This document shows positions 1-8,689 of a stretch of 24,000 nt of DNA, piece after piece (position 1 is the stretch's first letter; the number at the start of each line of letters is the position of its first letter). The DNA comes from Escherichia coli (GTDB lineage Bacteria > Pseudomonadota > Gammaproteobacteria > Enterobacterales > Enterobacteriaceae): the NCBI RefSeq assembly GCF_033970745.1, contig NZ_CP111095.1; one strand, 5' to 3'. The notes below the pieces were generated by a model. That model had not been told where the DNA came from. It worked only from the letters and a program-made list of their open reading frames with translations, and made no database searches. A program made the position numbers and the translations under genes.

Positions 1-2
1 CG

Positions 3-626
3 CGCGGCTTTGACGATCACAGCAAACTCTTCTTTCCTCAACCTGACGCTCACTTTGTGCCGCCAACGGTAACGGAAGAGGGCATCGTCTGGCCGGAAGG
101 ACCACGCCCACCGTCGCGTGACTATACGCCGCTGTATGACGAACTACGCCATGAACTGGCGATCGATTTCTTTATTCACGACGGTGGGGTCGCCAGCGGC
201 TGGGCGATGCAGGCGCAACCGGGCGATAAACTTACGGTGGCAGGTCCGCGCGGTTCGCTGGTGGTGCCGGAAGATTACGCGTATCAGCTGTATGTCTGCG
301 ATGAATCCGGAATGCCCGCATTGCGCCGCCGCCTGGAAACGTTGAGCAAACTTGCCGTTAAACCGCAAGTTAGTGCGCTGGTTAGCGTGCGGGATAACGC
401 CTGTCAGGATTATCTCGCGCACCTTGATGGTTTTAATATCGAATGGCTGGCACATGATGAGCAGGCGGTAGATGCGCGTCTGGCGCAGATGCAAATCCCT
501 GCCGATGATTACTTCATCTGGATAACCGGCGAAGGTAAAGTCGTTAAGAATTTAAGCCGCCGCTTTGAAGCGGAACAGTATGACCCACAGCGGGTACGTG
601 CAGCGGCCTACTGGCACGCAAAGTAA
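3..626 (+). CDS. yqjH: NADPH-dependent ferric-chelate reductase YqjH/NfeF, C-terminal part (5' end lies before the window)
   Basis: The frame is open from base 3 (RGFDDHSKLFFPQPDAHFVPPTVTEEG...) to the stop at 624-626. The sequence matches the remembered E. coli YqjH C-terminus (...YFIWITGEGKVVKNLSRRFEAEQYDPQRVRAAAYWHAK). Proximity to ileX agrees with E. coli chromosome order. Confidence 0.9.
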   Translation, partial: RGFDDHSKLFFPQPDAHFVPPTVTEEGIVWPEGPRPPSRDYTPLYDELRHELAIDFFIHDGGVASGWAMQAQPGDKLTVAGPRGSLVVPEDYAYQLYVCDESGMPALRRRLETLSKLAVKPQVSALVSVRDNACQDYLAHLDGFNIEWLAHDEQAVDARLAQMQIPADDYFIWITGEGKVVKNLSRRFEAEQYDPQRVRAAAYWHAK

Positions 627-643
627 CTGATATATAAAAAGAA

Positions 644-671
644 AAAGGCTGACGATTTCTCGTCAGCCTTT
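644..671. terminator. Rho-independent terminator hairpin downstream of yqjH (possibly bidirectional)
   Basis: 12-bp perfect stem aaaggctgacga / tcgtcagccttt with a tttc loop, A-rich on the left and T-rich on the right. Confidence 0.8.
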
Positions 672-679
672 GCTATATC

Positions 680-726
680 TGGTGGCCCCTGCTGGACTTG
701 AACCAGCGACCAAGCGATTATGAGTC
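680..726 (-). other. attachment-site direct-repeat candidate: 3' half of the tRNA-Ile (CAT anticodon) gene ileX, without the 5' half
   Basis: tggtggcccctgctggacttgaaccagcgaccaagcgattatgagtc is the reverse complement of GACTCATAATCGCTTGGTCGCTGGTTCAAGTCCAGCAGGGGCCACCA, the tRNA from anticodon arm to CCA. Sequence beyond the anticodon loop (atgaggcaagtcc...) does not encode the 5' half. Confidence 0.85.
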
Positions 727-922
727 ATGAGGCAAGTCCATTCTGTATTGTTTTGGTTTGTTCGTAATTGTTTTATTAATTGTTTATAATCAACTAATTA
801 TGTAATTTCTTCTGTTTCCGCTTGGTTCCGTTTTTTCTCCATTGTACGATCGTTACCTGACCCATTACCTGACCCAAATTTACGAGTTATTTTGATTGTT
901 ACTGATTTAGAAAAGAGGTTCT

Positions 923-2239
923 ATGGCCGTCAATCTAACTGAAACAGCTATTCGAGCATTAAAAGCAAAAAAGACATCGTTCTATGTCTGGAGCAACAGC
1001 TCTCAACGTGGCACTGGACGACTTGGCGTCAAAGTTCAGTCTTCTGGCAGCAAAATTTTCTATTTCCGCTATTACGTGGAAAAAGGGACAAAAGAAAGAT
1101 TCATTCAATTGGGTATATGGCCTGAGATGAAACTGGCCACAGCGAACGAACTGGCAAAAAAGTATGGTGCCTGGCTCATTGAAGGAAAGGATCCCCAGAC
1201 AGAACTGGAGCGACAACAGCTTGCAGAACAGCAGCGGAGACAACTCCATCAATCACAGGGTTCATTTGAAGCATTGATTCATGGTTATGTTAACAAAATG
1301 AAAATTGATAATAAGAGAACATGGCAGGATGTTCTGAAACGCCTTGAAAATGAATGCTATACAGTGATCCCCCGTGAGACTAAAGCTAAAGATGTGACTT
1401 CCGGACAGATTAAACATATCTTGGCCGGGATCATTCAGCGCGGTGCTGTGGTTCACTCTAACCGGATCCGTTCTTACCTGATGGCTGCATTTAACTATGG
1501 TCTGAAAGCTGATAACGATCCGATGAACACAAGTGTAGGGATTAGTTTTGGGCTGGAGGCCAATCCTGTATCAGTGATACCGAAACAGTCATCTGCAGAA
1601 AAAGTCGGTGACACCTGGCTGACACTCGAAGAGTTGCGTTTTCTAATGGAACATTTTGCTGAAGCAACCAACGTTGGATTATTGATGCAACATTTGATTC
1701 GATTATGTATCTATACCGGAGGGCAACGTCCCTTTGAAATGATCGCCAGTCAGTGGTGTGATGTTGATTTTCAGCAAAAAACGCTGCTGGTGACTGCGGA
1801 TGTCTCTAAAAATAAACGAGAGCATTTGATACCGTTGACTGAATCAGCATTACAGGAATTATCCTGTGTGCAGGAGTTAACAAAAGAAAAATCGAGCCCT
1901 TACATTTTCCCGCTTTCGACTAATGGTAAGCGTCCGGTTCGTACGGACAGTCTGGCTCGCGCTATCATGTATTTCCGGGCTTGTAATCCTGACTTTAAAA
2001 TTTTTACAGCACGTGACTTACGTCGGACCTGTAAAACGTTAATGGGAGAAGCTGGAATCAGTAAGGAAATCCGCGATCGTATTCAAAATCATGCGTTGAA
2101 CGATGTCAGTTCAAAACATTATGATCGATACGATTATTTGCCAGAAAAACGCAGAGCACTTGAGATCTGGGAGGATCGGGTTAATAACTATCAACAGCAA
2201 ACAGGCAATAATGTTGTCAATCTGTTTGGCAGAAGGTGA
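923..2239 (+). CDS. tyrosine recombinase / island integrase (DUF4102 N-terminus, P4-like)
   Basis: 438 aa immediately inside the tRNA att fragment. N-terminal MAVNLTETAIRALKAKKTSFYVW...; catalytic motifs YTGGQRPFE (Arg I), ARDLRRTCKTLMGEAG, QNH and SSKHYDRYDYLPEKR (Tyr). Confidence 0.93.
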   Translation: MAVNLTETAIRALKAKKTSFYVWSNSSQRGTGRLGVKVQSSGSKIFYFRYYVEKGTKERFIQLGIWPEMKLATANELAKKYGAWLIEGKDPQTELERQQLAEQQRRQLHQSQGSFEALIHGYVNKMKIDNKRTWQDVLKRLENECYTVIPRETKAKDVTSGQIKHILAGIIQRGAVVHSNRIRSYLMAAFNYGLKADNDPMNTSVGISFGLEANPVSVIPKQSSAEKVGDTWLTLEELRFLMEHFAEATNVGLLMQHLIRLCIYTGGQRPFEMIASQWCDVDFQQKTLLVTADVSKNKREHLIPLTESALQELSCVQELTKEKSSPYIFPLSTNGKRPVRTDSLARAIMYFRACNPDFKIFTARDLRRTCKTLMGEAGISKEIRDRIQNHALNDVSSKHYDRYDYLPEKRRALEIWEDRVNNYQQQTGNNVVNLFGRR

Positions 2240-2368
2240 GGGAGTTCCTGGTTACTGTACGAATTGCGTACAATTGATGGGTATTGTTGATGCACCTAGT
2301 TCTTGTATTGTTTACTATAATTATTGAGGTAAATTTTCGTGCCTGTATTACTCAGAGGGGATTCAAAA

Positions 2369-2965
2369 ATGGCTGTAATTCCAATGTCTTACTCCCCTGC
2401 TACTGTAGCTCGTCGTTTTTCGATACTGGATGGAGTAACTATTCAGGGCGTGCTTTACCAGATCATCTGGGATCCAAAGACTCCGTTCGCTGCGGTAATC
2501 GAAGCTGCACCTTCTGTTATTGATGGTGATATTCGCCATAAAGTTGTTGCCACTCTGGAGCTTCAGCGTCGCTCACAGCTTGAAGGGGTGTTTGTCCGGA
2601 AATTCTGGGAAGAGCAGGACGTCGCTCAGATTGAAGGGATTGTTGTTGATGGGGCTGTACGTGATGTTGGCCTTGCGACGTTTGTATATGAAACGGTAGC
2701 CACAAAAGCGGGCGTTATACTATTAAGTGATAACGAGCAATATGAAGGAGGTAAAGCCCTCTGGCAGCATATAGCGCGTCGTTCAACGAATCTGAAAGTG
2801 TTTATTTTAGATACTGATTCCGCACGGTATTATCCGTTTGATGGCGATCGGATCTGCTATGACGGGGAAAGTATTCCTGAATCAGAAATCTGGAGTGAAC
2901 ATCCTGATCGAAATAAACACGGTGTTGTTCTTGTGGCCGAATCTGTTAATGGAAAAGCCGCATAA
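2369..2965 (+). CDS. hypothetical cargo protein (198 aa; ORF-track start at 2339 probably too far upstream)
   Basis: Complete ORF. ATG at 2369 (MAVIPMSYSPATVARRFS...) follows a gaggggattcaaaa Shine-Dalgarno-like context. No family recognised with confidence. Confidence 0.7.
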   Translation: MAVIPMSYSPATVARRFSILDGVTIQGVLYQIIWDPKTPFAAVIEAAPSVIDGDIRHKVVATLELQRRSQLEGVFVRKFWEEQDVAQIEGIVVDGAVRDVGLATFVYETVATKAGVILLSDNEQYEGGKALWQHIARRSTNLKVFILDTDSARYYPFDGDRICYDGESIPESEIWSEHPDRNKHGVVLVAESVNGKAA

Positions 2966-3025
2966 TTTGCCAGCCGCATCGTATTCTTGGAACTCTGACA
3001 GACCTGAGAGTTGGCAGAATAAACG

Positions 3026-3049
3026 GGGGATAACAGCTCGGTTATCCCC
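3026..3049. terminator. hairpin between convergent genes, possible transcription terminator
   Basis: 9-bp perfect stem ggggataac / gttatcccc with loop agctcg, between the stops of the 2369-2965 (+) and 3058-4671 (-) genes. There is no clean T-run on either side. Confidence 0.5.
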
Positions 3050-3057
3050 TCAGAACT

Positions 3058-4671
3058 CTACTGCTCGATCACGCATTTGCTCCATAAAGGTTGGATCGCA
3101 TGTCGATCTTTGCTGTAGGGGAATCTTTTATTTTTTTTCTTCTGTTCCATCAGTAATGTGTCGATTTCGTCGTTGACAATGCGCGTCACAGCGTGACGAT
3201 AACGGTTTAGCGATGTATCACTGATATCCTGAGGCAGGCATAAACTGGTATCGGTTTTGATGCGTTCATTTATGCCATCTTTAACTTTCCATTTCAGACC
3301 ATCAGGAACCCCTTCCTGCAAATCATAGGCTTTCAGTCCCGCAAGTCGTACAACAACGTCAATCTTCTCTGTTCGTATTGTTTTATTACTTACCAACAAA
3401 ACTTTATTAGTTTCATACCATTTTTCAAATGATTCCAGCCGTTTTACTGCATTTATGATGTTATTCCTAATTCCAGAAAATTCAATAGAATCTGTGTATT
3501 TCATTTTCTTTTCTTCAGCATTAGGGGCTATTCCAGGATAGTCAATATCATTCTTTACAGACTCCAGATATGCATATTGCAGGCAGCCTGAAAGATGAAT
3601 TGCTGCATCCTGCAGAGTATTAGTGCGAATCAATCTAAGGAGTTCATCTCGTTGTATGGTTATCTGACAATAATCCCTTTCCCATGCGGTCGTATTCTCG
3701 GTTTTTTCATCTTTATCCGGAGTAACTGTTGCGAATTTCCATGTGTACTGGATGAAATCTGTTGGTTTAAAATATGCCATGCTTGTTTTTACCCAACCGC
3801 AGATTTCAGCTGCATAAATATGGACATAAATATTGTACATTGTCTTTATTTCATGCTGACTGGCGACTGAGAACATATTTTTTACGAATTCTGTACATCC
3901 GATTATCGATAGTCGTTCTCTCAGTCTGTGCACATCTTCAGTATCTGACTTCCTGCAGTCCCAGGGCCATTTGTTCTTATTCTCAAAACAGGAAAGCCAT
4001 TCTGGAATATTTTGCTTATACTGGTAGAATTCGTTGACCGCCAGACCAATGGTTATGGCAAGTATTGTTGATTCATCTATTTCATGATACTGCTTCAGGT
4101 GTGCCAGCAACTCTGAGGTGCAGGAGTGCGCAACAGACAGATCCTGATGGCAATACCCCTGCCGGGCTTCTGCTGGAATTGGTGAACTCCAGGCTTTACA
4201 TTCAGTCAGAATATTAAATAAATCATCTCCTACAAACTTTGCCAGTTCAGGTGTTTTCCAGGTTCTTGGTCCCAGGCTGAAAAAGTCTGGTGTTGTCTGT
4301 ACCTCTTGCATCGCTCCCCAGCTTTTCAGGCTGATATTTCCTTCATCAAAGCCATTGTATAAATGGCACATAACATTAAGCGCATTAGTAAGAGCAGTGG
4401 GTTGAGACGATGTAGATGCGCCAAGAGCAAAATTTTCTTTTCTTTGTTTGTTAAAAATTTTCTGGAGCTCTGTATTATCACGCAATGCCAAGAGAACTTT
4501 GTGCTGTTCTTCAAACCAGGGGCGATATTCTGGATCCTGATATAGCTGACGTGCCTTAAAAATGAGCAAAAGGAGTTGTTCGGAAACAGCCTCATATATG
4601 CCAGGGAATGGGCGGGATTCTCCGGATAAAATACGATAGTACTGATTTTGTTGCATAGTCTGATTTACCAT
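3058..4671 (-). CDS. large hypothetical cargo protein (537 aa from ATG 4671; up to 568 aa from ATG 4764)
   Basis: Long complete ORF with normal protein composition. The ATG at 4671 is preceded by aaaggaaaccttcttacata (SD-like). No recognised family. Confidence 0.75.
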   Translation of the reverse strand: MVNQTMQQNQYYRILSGESRPFPGIYEAVSEQLLLLIFKARQLYQDPEYRPWFEEQHKVLLALRDNTELQKIFNKQRKENFALGASTSSQPTALTNALNVMCHLYNGFDEGNISLKSWGAMQEVQTTPDFFSLGPRTWKTPELAKFVGDDLFNILTECKAWSSPIPAEARQGYCHQDLSVAHSCTSELLAHLKQYHEIDESTILAITIGLAVNEFYQYKQNIPEWLSCFENKNKWPWDCRKSDTEDVHRLRERLSIIGCTEFVKNMFSVASQHEIKTMYNIYVHIYAAEICGWVKTSMAYFKPTDFIQYTWKFATVTPDKDEKTENTTAWERDYCQITIQRDELLRLIRTNTLQDAAIHLSGCLQYAYLESVKNDIDYPGIAPNAEEKKMKYTDSIEFSGIRNNIINAVKRLESFEKWYETNKVLLVSNKTIRTEKIDVVVRLAGLKAYDLQEGVPDGLKWKVKDGINERIKTDTSLCLPQDISDTSLNRYRHAVTRIVNDEIDTLLMEQKKKNKRFPYSKDRHAIQPLWSKCVIEQ

Positions 4672-5400
4672 TATGTAAGAAGGTTTCCTTTTGCCGCATA
4701 CCGGATACTGGCAGTTAAAATCGATGTTATCTCCTGAAAGGATACGTTGATACTGAGTCTGCATCTACTAATAAAACGGATGCCTGCCGTGTTTTCGGGG
4801 TGATACAGGGTATACCTGAGAATGCATCTATTATTACGATAATTTTCCTCCAGCGTGTTGTAACAATTATAACACCCGTCAGATCTCCTTCTTCTTCCTC
4901 CTCCTGAATATTCCGATCTGTTGAAGCTGTTGTTGTCATTTCAATGACAGGTAAAATGCCTGGCTCTCTTTCCCTCCTATTGTGAATAGTAAAAACTAAT
5001 TTATTTTTGTGATCTTGGTCACAAATTTAACCCCCTCCTTCTCTTCTTTACTATCACTGTCAGAAGTTTATCTGAGCATAACATGAAGTCGATACTAGAT
5101 TCATTTTGTGTCATTGTCAACAGTGAAAACCACTTCTTGGCTTAAAATCATTGTTTGTAATGTGCATTATTGGTTGTTTTGTTGCTAATCAACACATATT
5201 GACCTATGAGTGGGCTTGTGAGTCAAGTATTGTTTTATTTGTCTTAACTTGACTTGATTTGTTTTCGTATGTACCTTGCTGTCCATGGGTGTTCTGTGAG
5301 CAATATGACAACGGAATCTCCACTATGGATTGTCCAGGAAATTCAGTCATTTCATGCTCACAACTGAGATAAGAATCATTGATATATCAGGAGGGCCGTC

Positions 5401-5628
5401 ATGTGGGTTCCATTAACAGATGAGCAACGTTCAGTAATTTTGAAAGCCTATGGGACTGAGGGTGACAGACTGGTACGTGAAAAGGAACGAAAAGAGATCA
5501 CCTCAATTTCCCGTTCACAAGCCTGGAAACTTGAACGAGAGGGAAACTACCCACCGCGTAAGACTATCGGAAAGAAATCTTGTGGCTGGTTACTAAGTGA
5601 CCTTCTCTGGTGGATTCAGACCAGATGA
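5401..5628 (+). CDS. AlpA-family (MerR-like wHTH) phage/island regulatory protein
   Basis: 75 aa, MWVPLTDEQRSVILKAYG...TSISRSQAWKLEREGNYPPRKTIGKKSCGWLLSDLLWWI has the small-HTH AlpA pattern. Strong SD (tcaggaggg). Followed by a yfjI-like gene, as in CP4-57-type elements. Confidence 0.75.
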   Translation: MWVPLTDEQRSVILKAYGTEGDRLVREKERKEITSISRSQAWKLEREGNYPPRKTIGKKSCGWLLSDLLWWIQTR

Positions 5629-5723
5629 ACTGTTTGTATTTTCAGTCTGAATAGCAGCTATTTTCGCTATTGTAGCGGAAATTGCTGCAACTTTACTAAC
5701 CCATTAATGAAAATGGAGGCTTT

Positions 5724-7157
5724 ATGTGCTTACTAGCACCAGAAAATCCTTATCCGATATATGCACTACCACCGCTGGTGAGAAATGCAATAATTGAAAC
5801 TCAACAAAATACACAGGCTCCTTTGGCTATGGTGGCGACATCCGCATTAACAGCGATGTCAATTGCCTGTCAGAATCAGATTGACGTGTGCAGACCTGGA
5901 AATTTACGTGGGCCCGTTAATATTTACTCTCTGATTCTGGCTGATTCCGGTGAAAGGAAAACGACCGTGGATAAAGTGTTTATGAAAGCATTTTATCTCA
6001 GGGATGAAGCCCTGGCGGAAGAATACGCGAAACTGGTTGAGAATTACAGTACAGAAAAGGAAATATGGGAGCAAAAACAAAAAGCGCTGGAATCAAAATT
6101 TCATAAAGAGATTCGTGCCGGTAAAGATTACAAGGCAACAGAATCAGAGCTTGAAACGCATCTGAATAACTCTCCTGTTCCGCCGCAGATACGTCGAACA
6201 ATTTTTAATGATACAACGATAGAGGGAATGTTAAAATATTACTCCGATAGCAATCGTTCTTTTGCTCTTGTATCCAGTGAAGGGGGAGTAATTTTTGACA
6301 GCCGGGCCATGAGTAAACTGGGAATTATTAACACTTTGTGGGATGGAGGTTCTCTTTTCATCGACAGGAAATCATCTCCCGGAATTAATTTGAAGGAGCC
6401 AAGACTGACGATGTCGGCGATGATTCAGCCTGATGTTTACCACAAAGGTTTTTGTACGCGAAAAAAAGAACTTGTGAAAACGTCAGGACATCATGCAAGG
6501 TTTTTGATGTGTCAACCAACATCAATGCAGGGGACAAGGATAATAACCGGAGATAATTATTCATCACAGTATCAGGAGTTATTTGATAAGAGGATCAATG
6601 AACTTATTGATGAAAGTCTGGCGATGAGTGGTGAACGACGTTGCCTTCACTTTTCTCCTCAGGCTGCCAGAATCTGGACGGATTATTACAATGATGTGGA
6701 ATCGAAACTGGGGGGATTGGGGCCTTTAAGACATTGTCGGGAATATGCTGCCAAAAATGCAGAGTATATGGCAAGACTGGCAGGACTTATTTACCATTCG
6801 AGCGGTGAAGAGGGGGAGATTTCCCCTTACACTGCAGAAATGGCGAGAGAATTAGCAATATGGTACGGTAATGAGTATATGCGGTTGTCTAATCCGTTAA
6901 CTTTTGACAACACTGCTCTGACCGTACCTGTGCGACTCATTCCAGAGGAGCTTGAACTTTTCAACTGGATAAAAAGCTATTGCATTGAGAAGGGGATCCT
7001 CTGTATGAAAAAAAATGACATTTTACAGCGTGGTCCGAACCGTTTCCGGAAAAAGGATAAAATCAACTGGTTACTGGATTTACTGTATGAACAAAACAGA
7101 GTTGTACCGGTTATTGAGGGAAAAACGTTGTGTGTCGCACCTAACTTTGACCTCTGA
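5724..7157 (+). CDS. YfjI-like DUF3987-domain protein (possible replication-associated ATPase/helicase of CP4-57-type elements)
   Basis: 477 aa. MCLLAPENPYPIYALPPLVRNAI...VATSALTAMSIACQNQIDV..LRGPVNIYSLILADSGERKTTVDKVF has the DUF3987 pattern with a P-loop-like ADSGERKT. SD atggagg upstream. Confidence 0.85.
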   Translation: MCLLAPENPYPIYALPPLVRNAIIETQQNTQAPLAMVATSALTAMSIACQNQIDVCRPGNLRGPVNIYSLILADSGERKTTVDKVFMKAFYLRDEALAEEYAKLVENYSTEKEIWEQKQKALESKFHKEIRAGKDYKATESELETHLNNSPVPPQIRRTIFNDTTIEGMLKYYSDSNRSFALVSSEGGVIFDSRAMSKLGIINTLWDGGSLFIDRKSSPGINLKEPRLTMSAMIQPDVYHKGFCTRKKELVKTSGHHARFLMCQPTSMQGTRIITGDNYSSQYQELFDKRINELIDESLAMSGERRCLHFSPQAARIWTDYYNDVESKLGGLGPLRHCREYAAKNAEYMARLAGLIYHSSGEEGEISPYTAEMARELAIWYGNEYMRLSNPLTFDNTALTVPVRLIPEELELFNWIKSYCIEKGILCMKKNDILQRGPNRFRKKDKINWLLDLLYEQNRVVPVIEGKTLCVAPNFDL

Positions 7158-7186
7158 ACGACTTAATCGTTGAGTAACATATAGTC

Positions 7187-7209
7187 CTCCTCCGTTACTT
7201 GCGGAGGAG
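7187..7209. other. hairpin just downstream of the yfjI-like gene (weak terminator or RNA element)
   Basis: 8-bp stem ctcctccg / cggaggag, loop ttacttg. No T-run. Confidence 0.45.
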
Positions 7210-7499
7210 ATTAATGCCATGACCATGTCAGTGTTGTATTACAGAACTTTGGTACAGGTCAGTCAGTAAATATAACTGGTGTAACTACTATTTACTATTG
7301 GATAGAGTGTTGTACAGGATATTGCTGGCTTTGGCCTTAGATAAGGAGGGCACTTCATTGTTTTCGTATTCAATAAATAATTAAGGTTAATTAGTATTAT
7401 TAGTGGAAGTTATGTTATCTGTTATGTTGTCTTATCTCTTTCTATCGTAATATCACTCCTCTTTATGCTAAGTATTCTGTATGTGCGTAATACATATAT

Positions 7500-7531
7500 C
7501 TCCATACACTACAGTGTGGTGGTGTATGGAG
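7500..7531. repeat. inverted repeat in the long intergenic region
   Basis: 10-bp perfect arms ctccatacac / gtgtatggag with a 12-nt spacer. An internal acact/agtgt pair allows an alternative fold. Confidence 0.7.
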
Positions 7532-7966
7532 TTTAGTTATGTGTAAATTATGTTACTACACTTATAGCGTAATATTGAGAAAGTTAATCCACTGAATGTA
7601 TGTCTGGTTTGTATTTAACACTAGTTACGTACCAGAACACTATTAGAGTATATTGTCTTTAGTTCGTACGTTATAGCTCCGTTACAGTTTATGGGTAAAT
7701 ATAATCTTTTCTGTATGAAATAATCTTCTTATTGTGAGATTAAATATCTGTAGGCTCTCTCTGCAGAGTCTCTGTTTTTACTTAATGGTACGGCAATACT
7801 AATAGCGATGTTGCCTGTGGCTATTCAATGCTGACTTTTGTGAAGATCAGATTATTTCCTGTAAGTAATTGAATGGTGCTTTCTTAAACTCAATTATATG
7901 AGGTGTGTTTTTTATTGTAATTCGTTCTGGTCCTCAGTTTAAGAGAGTCTTACTGTATTCTGAATC

Positions 7967-7993
7967 ATTACCCTATTACTGTAATGAGGTAAT
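7967..7993. repeat. nested dyad upstream of the yfjJ-like gene
   Basis: attacc-ct-attac-t-gtaat-ga-ggtaat: two paired arm sets (6 bp and 5 bp) centred on 7980. Confidence 0.6.
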
Positions 7994-8125
7994 ACCAAAC
8001 AGTTTTATCAGGTTGTCTGTGCTGCTGGTTACCTCGTTTATTAATGCCGTGGTACGACGTTTCTGTATCCTCAGCATTTACGTAATTTCCTCTTCCTGTG
8101 AGTTTTATAAAGTAAGGACTATAAA

Positions 8126-8689
8126 ATGTATAATGCTAATCCCAATTACGAAATGGACTTCATGATTCTGAAAGACGTGAATGAACACATGGAAGGTCTG
8201 TTTCAACGTTTTTCTAAACTGTTACCTTTCAGAATTGATTTTGCCTACAGGAAAGACACGCCCAGTTTTGGTCATGGCTGTAAGCACAGTATGTGTATGG
8301 AAATATACCGCTTACTTAGCGAAACCCAATCGATGTTGGCGGGATATTACTGGGTAATGGAATATACACAAAACAAAGGGCTTCATATTCATTTTGTCGG
8401 CTACCTGGATGGGCAACGTCACAAGAACTCTTATCAGATATCCAGGCAACTGGGAGATATCTGGAGGCAGATCACGGAAGGGGAGGGTTACTTTCACCTT
8501 TGCCGGGCTAAAGACAAATACCCGGTGCGTATCGATCACGTGATGCACTATAGTGATAAGTCCGCGGTAGACAACTTACGTTACGCCCTTAGCTATCTGG
8601 CTAAACAGGATCAGAAAGAACACGGTATTATTCTGGGCCGTAGCAGGCTTCCCGAAAAAAGCAACCGGGGCCGACCACGACATAACTGA
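8126..8689 (+). CDS. YfjJ-like / inovirus-type Gp2 family protein with a HUH-like (HIH) motif
   Basis: 187 aa. MILKDVNEHMEGLFQRFSKLLPFRIDFAYRK...YWVMEYTQNKGLHIHFVGYLDGQ...LRYALSYLAKQDQK has the Gp2/YfjJ layout. SD taaggac upstream. Confidence 0.75.
   Translation: MYNANPNYEMDFMILKDVNEHMEGLFQRFSKLLPFRIDFAYRKDTPSFGHGCKHSMCMEIYRLLSETQSMLAGYYWVMEYTQNKGLHIHFVGYLDGQRHKNSYQISRQLGDIWRQITEGEGYFHLCRAKDKYPVRIDHVMHYSDKSAVDNLRYALSYLAKQDQKEHGIILGRSRLPEKSNRGRPRHN

Noticed and set aside
2103-2327. 74-aa + ORF overlapping the integrase 3' end
   Set aside because: Mostly an alternate frame of int, with no motif.
2838-3176. 112-aa + ORF across the convergent gene ends
   Set aside because: Overlaps two well-supported genes and a hairpin; composition is low-confidence.
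4727-4939. 70-aa minus-strand ORF with an EEEEEG acidic run (MTTTASTDRNIQEEEEEGDL...)
   Set aside because: No clear SD; it overlaps the start region of the 3058-4764 ORF and the acidic run comes from a simple cttcttcttcctcctcctg tract. Could be real but is not supportable from sequence alone.
7905-8165. 86-aa + ORF in the long intergenic region
   Set aside because: Weak start context; runs into the yfjJ-like gene in another frame, with poor protein-like composition. Not convincing enough to call the region coding.
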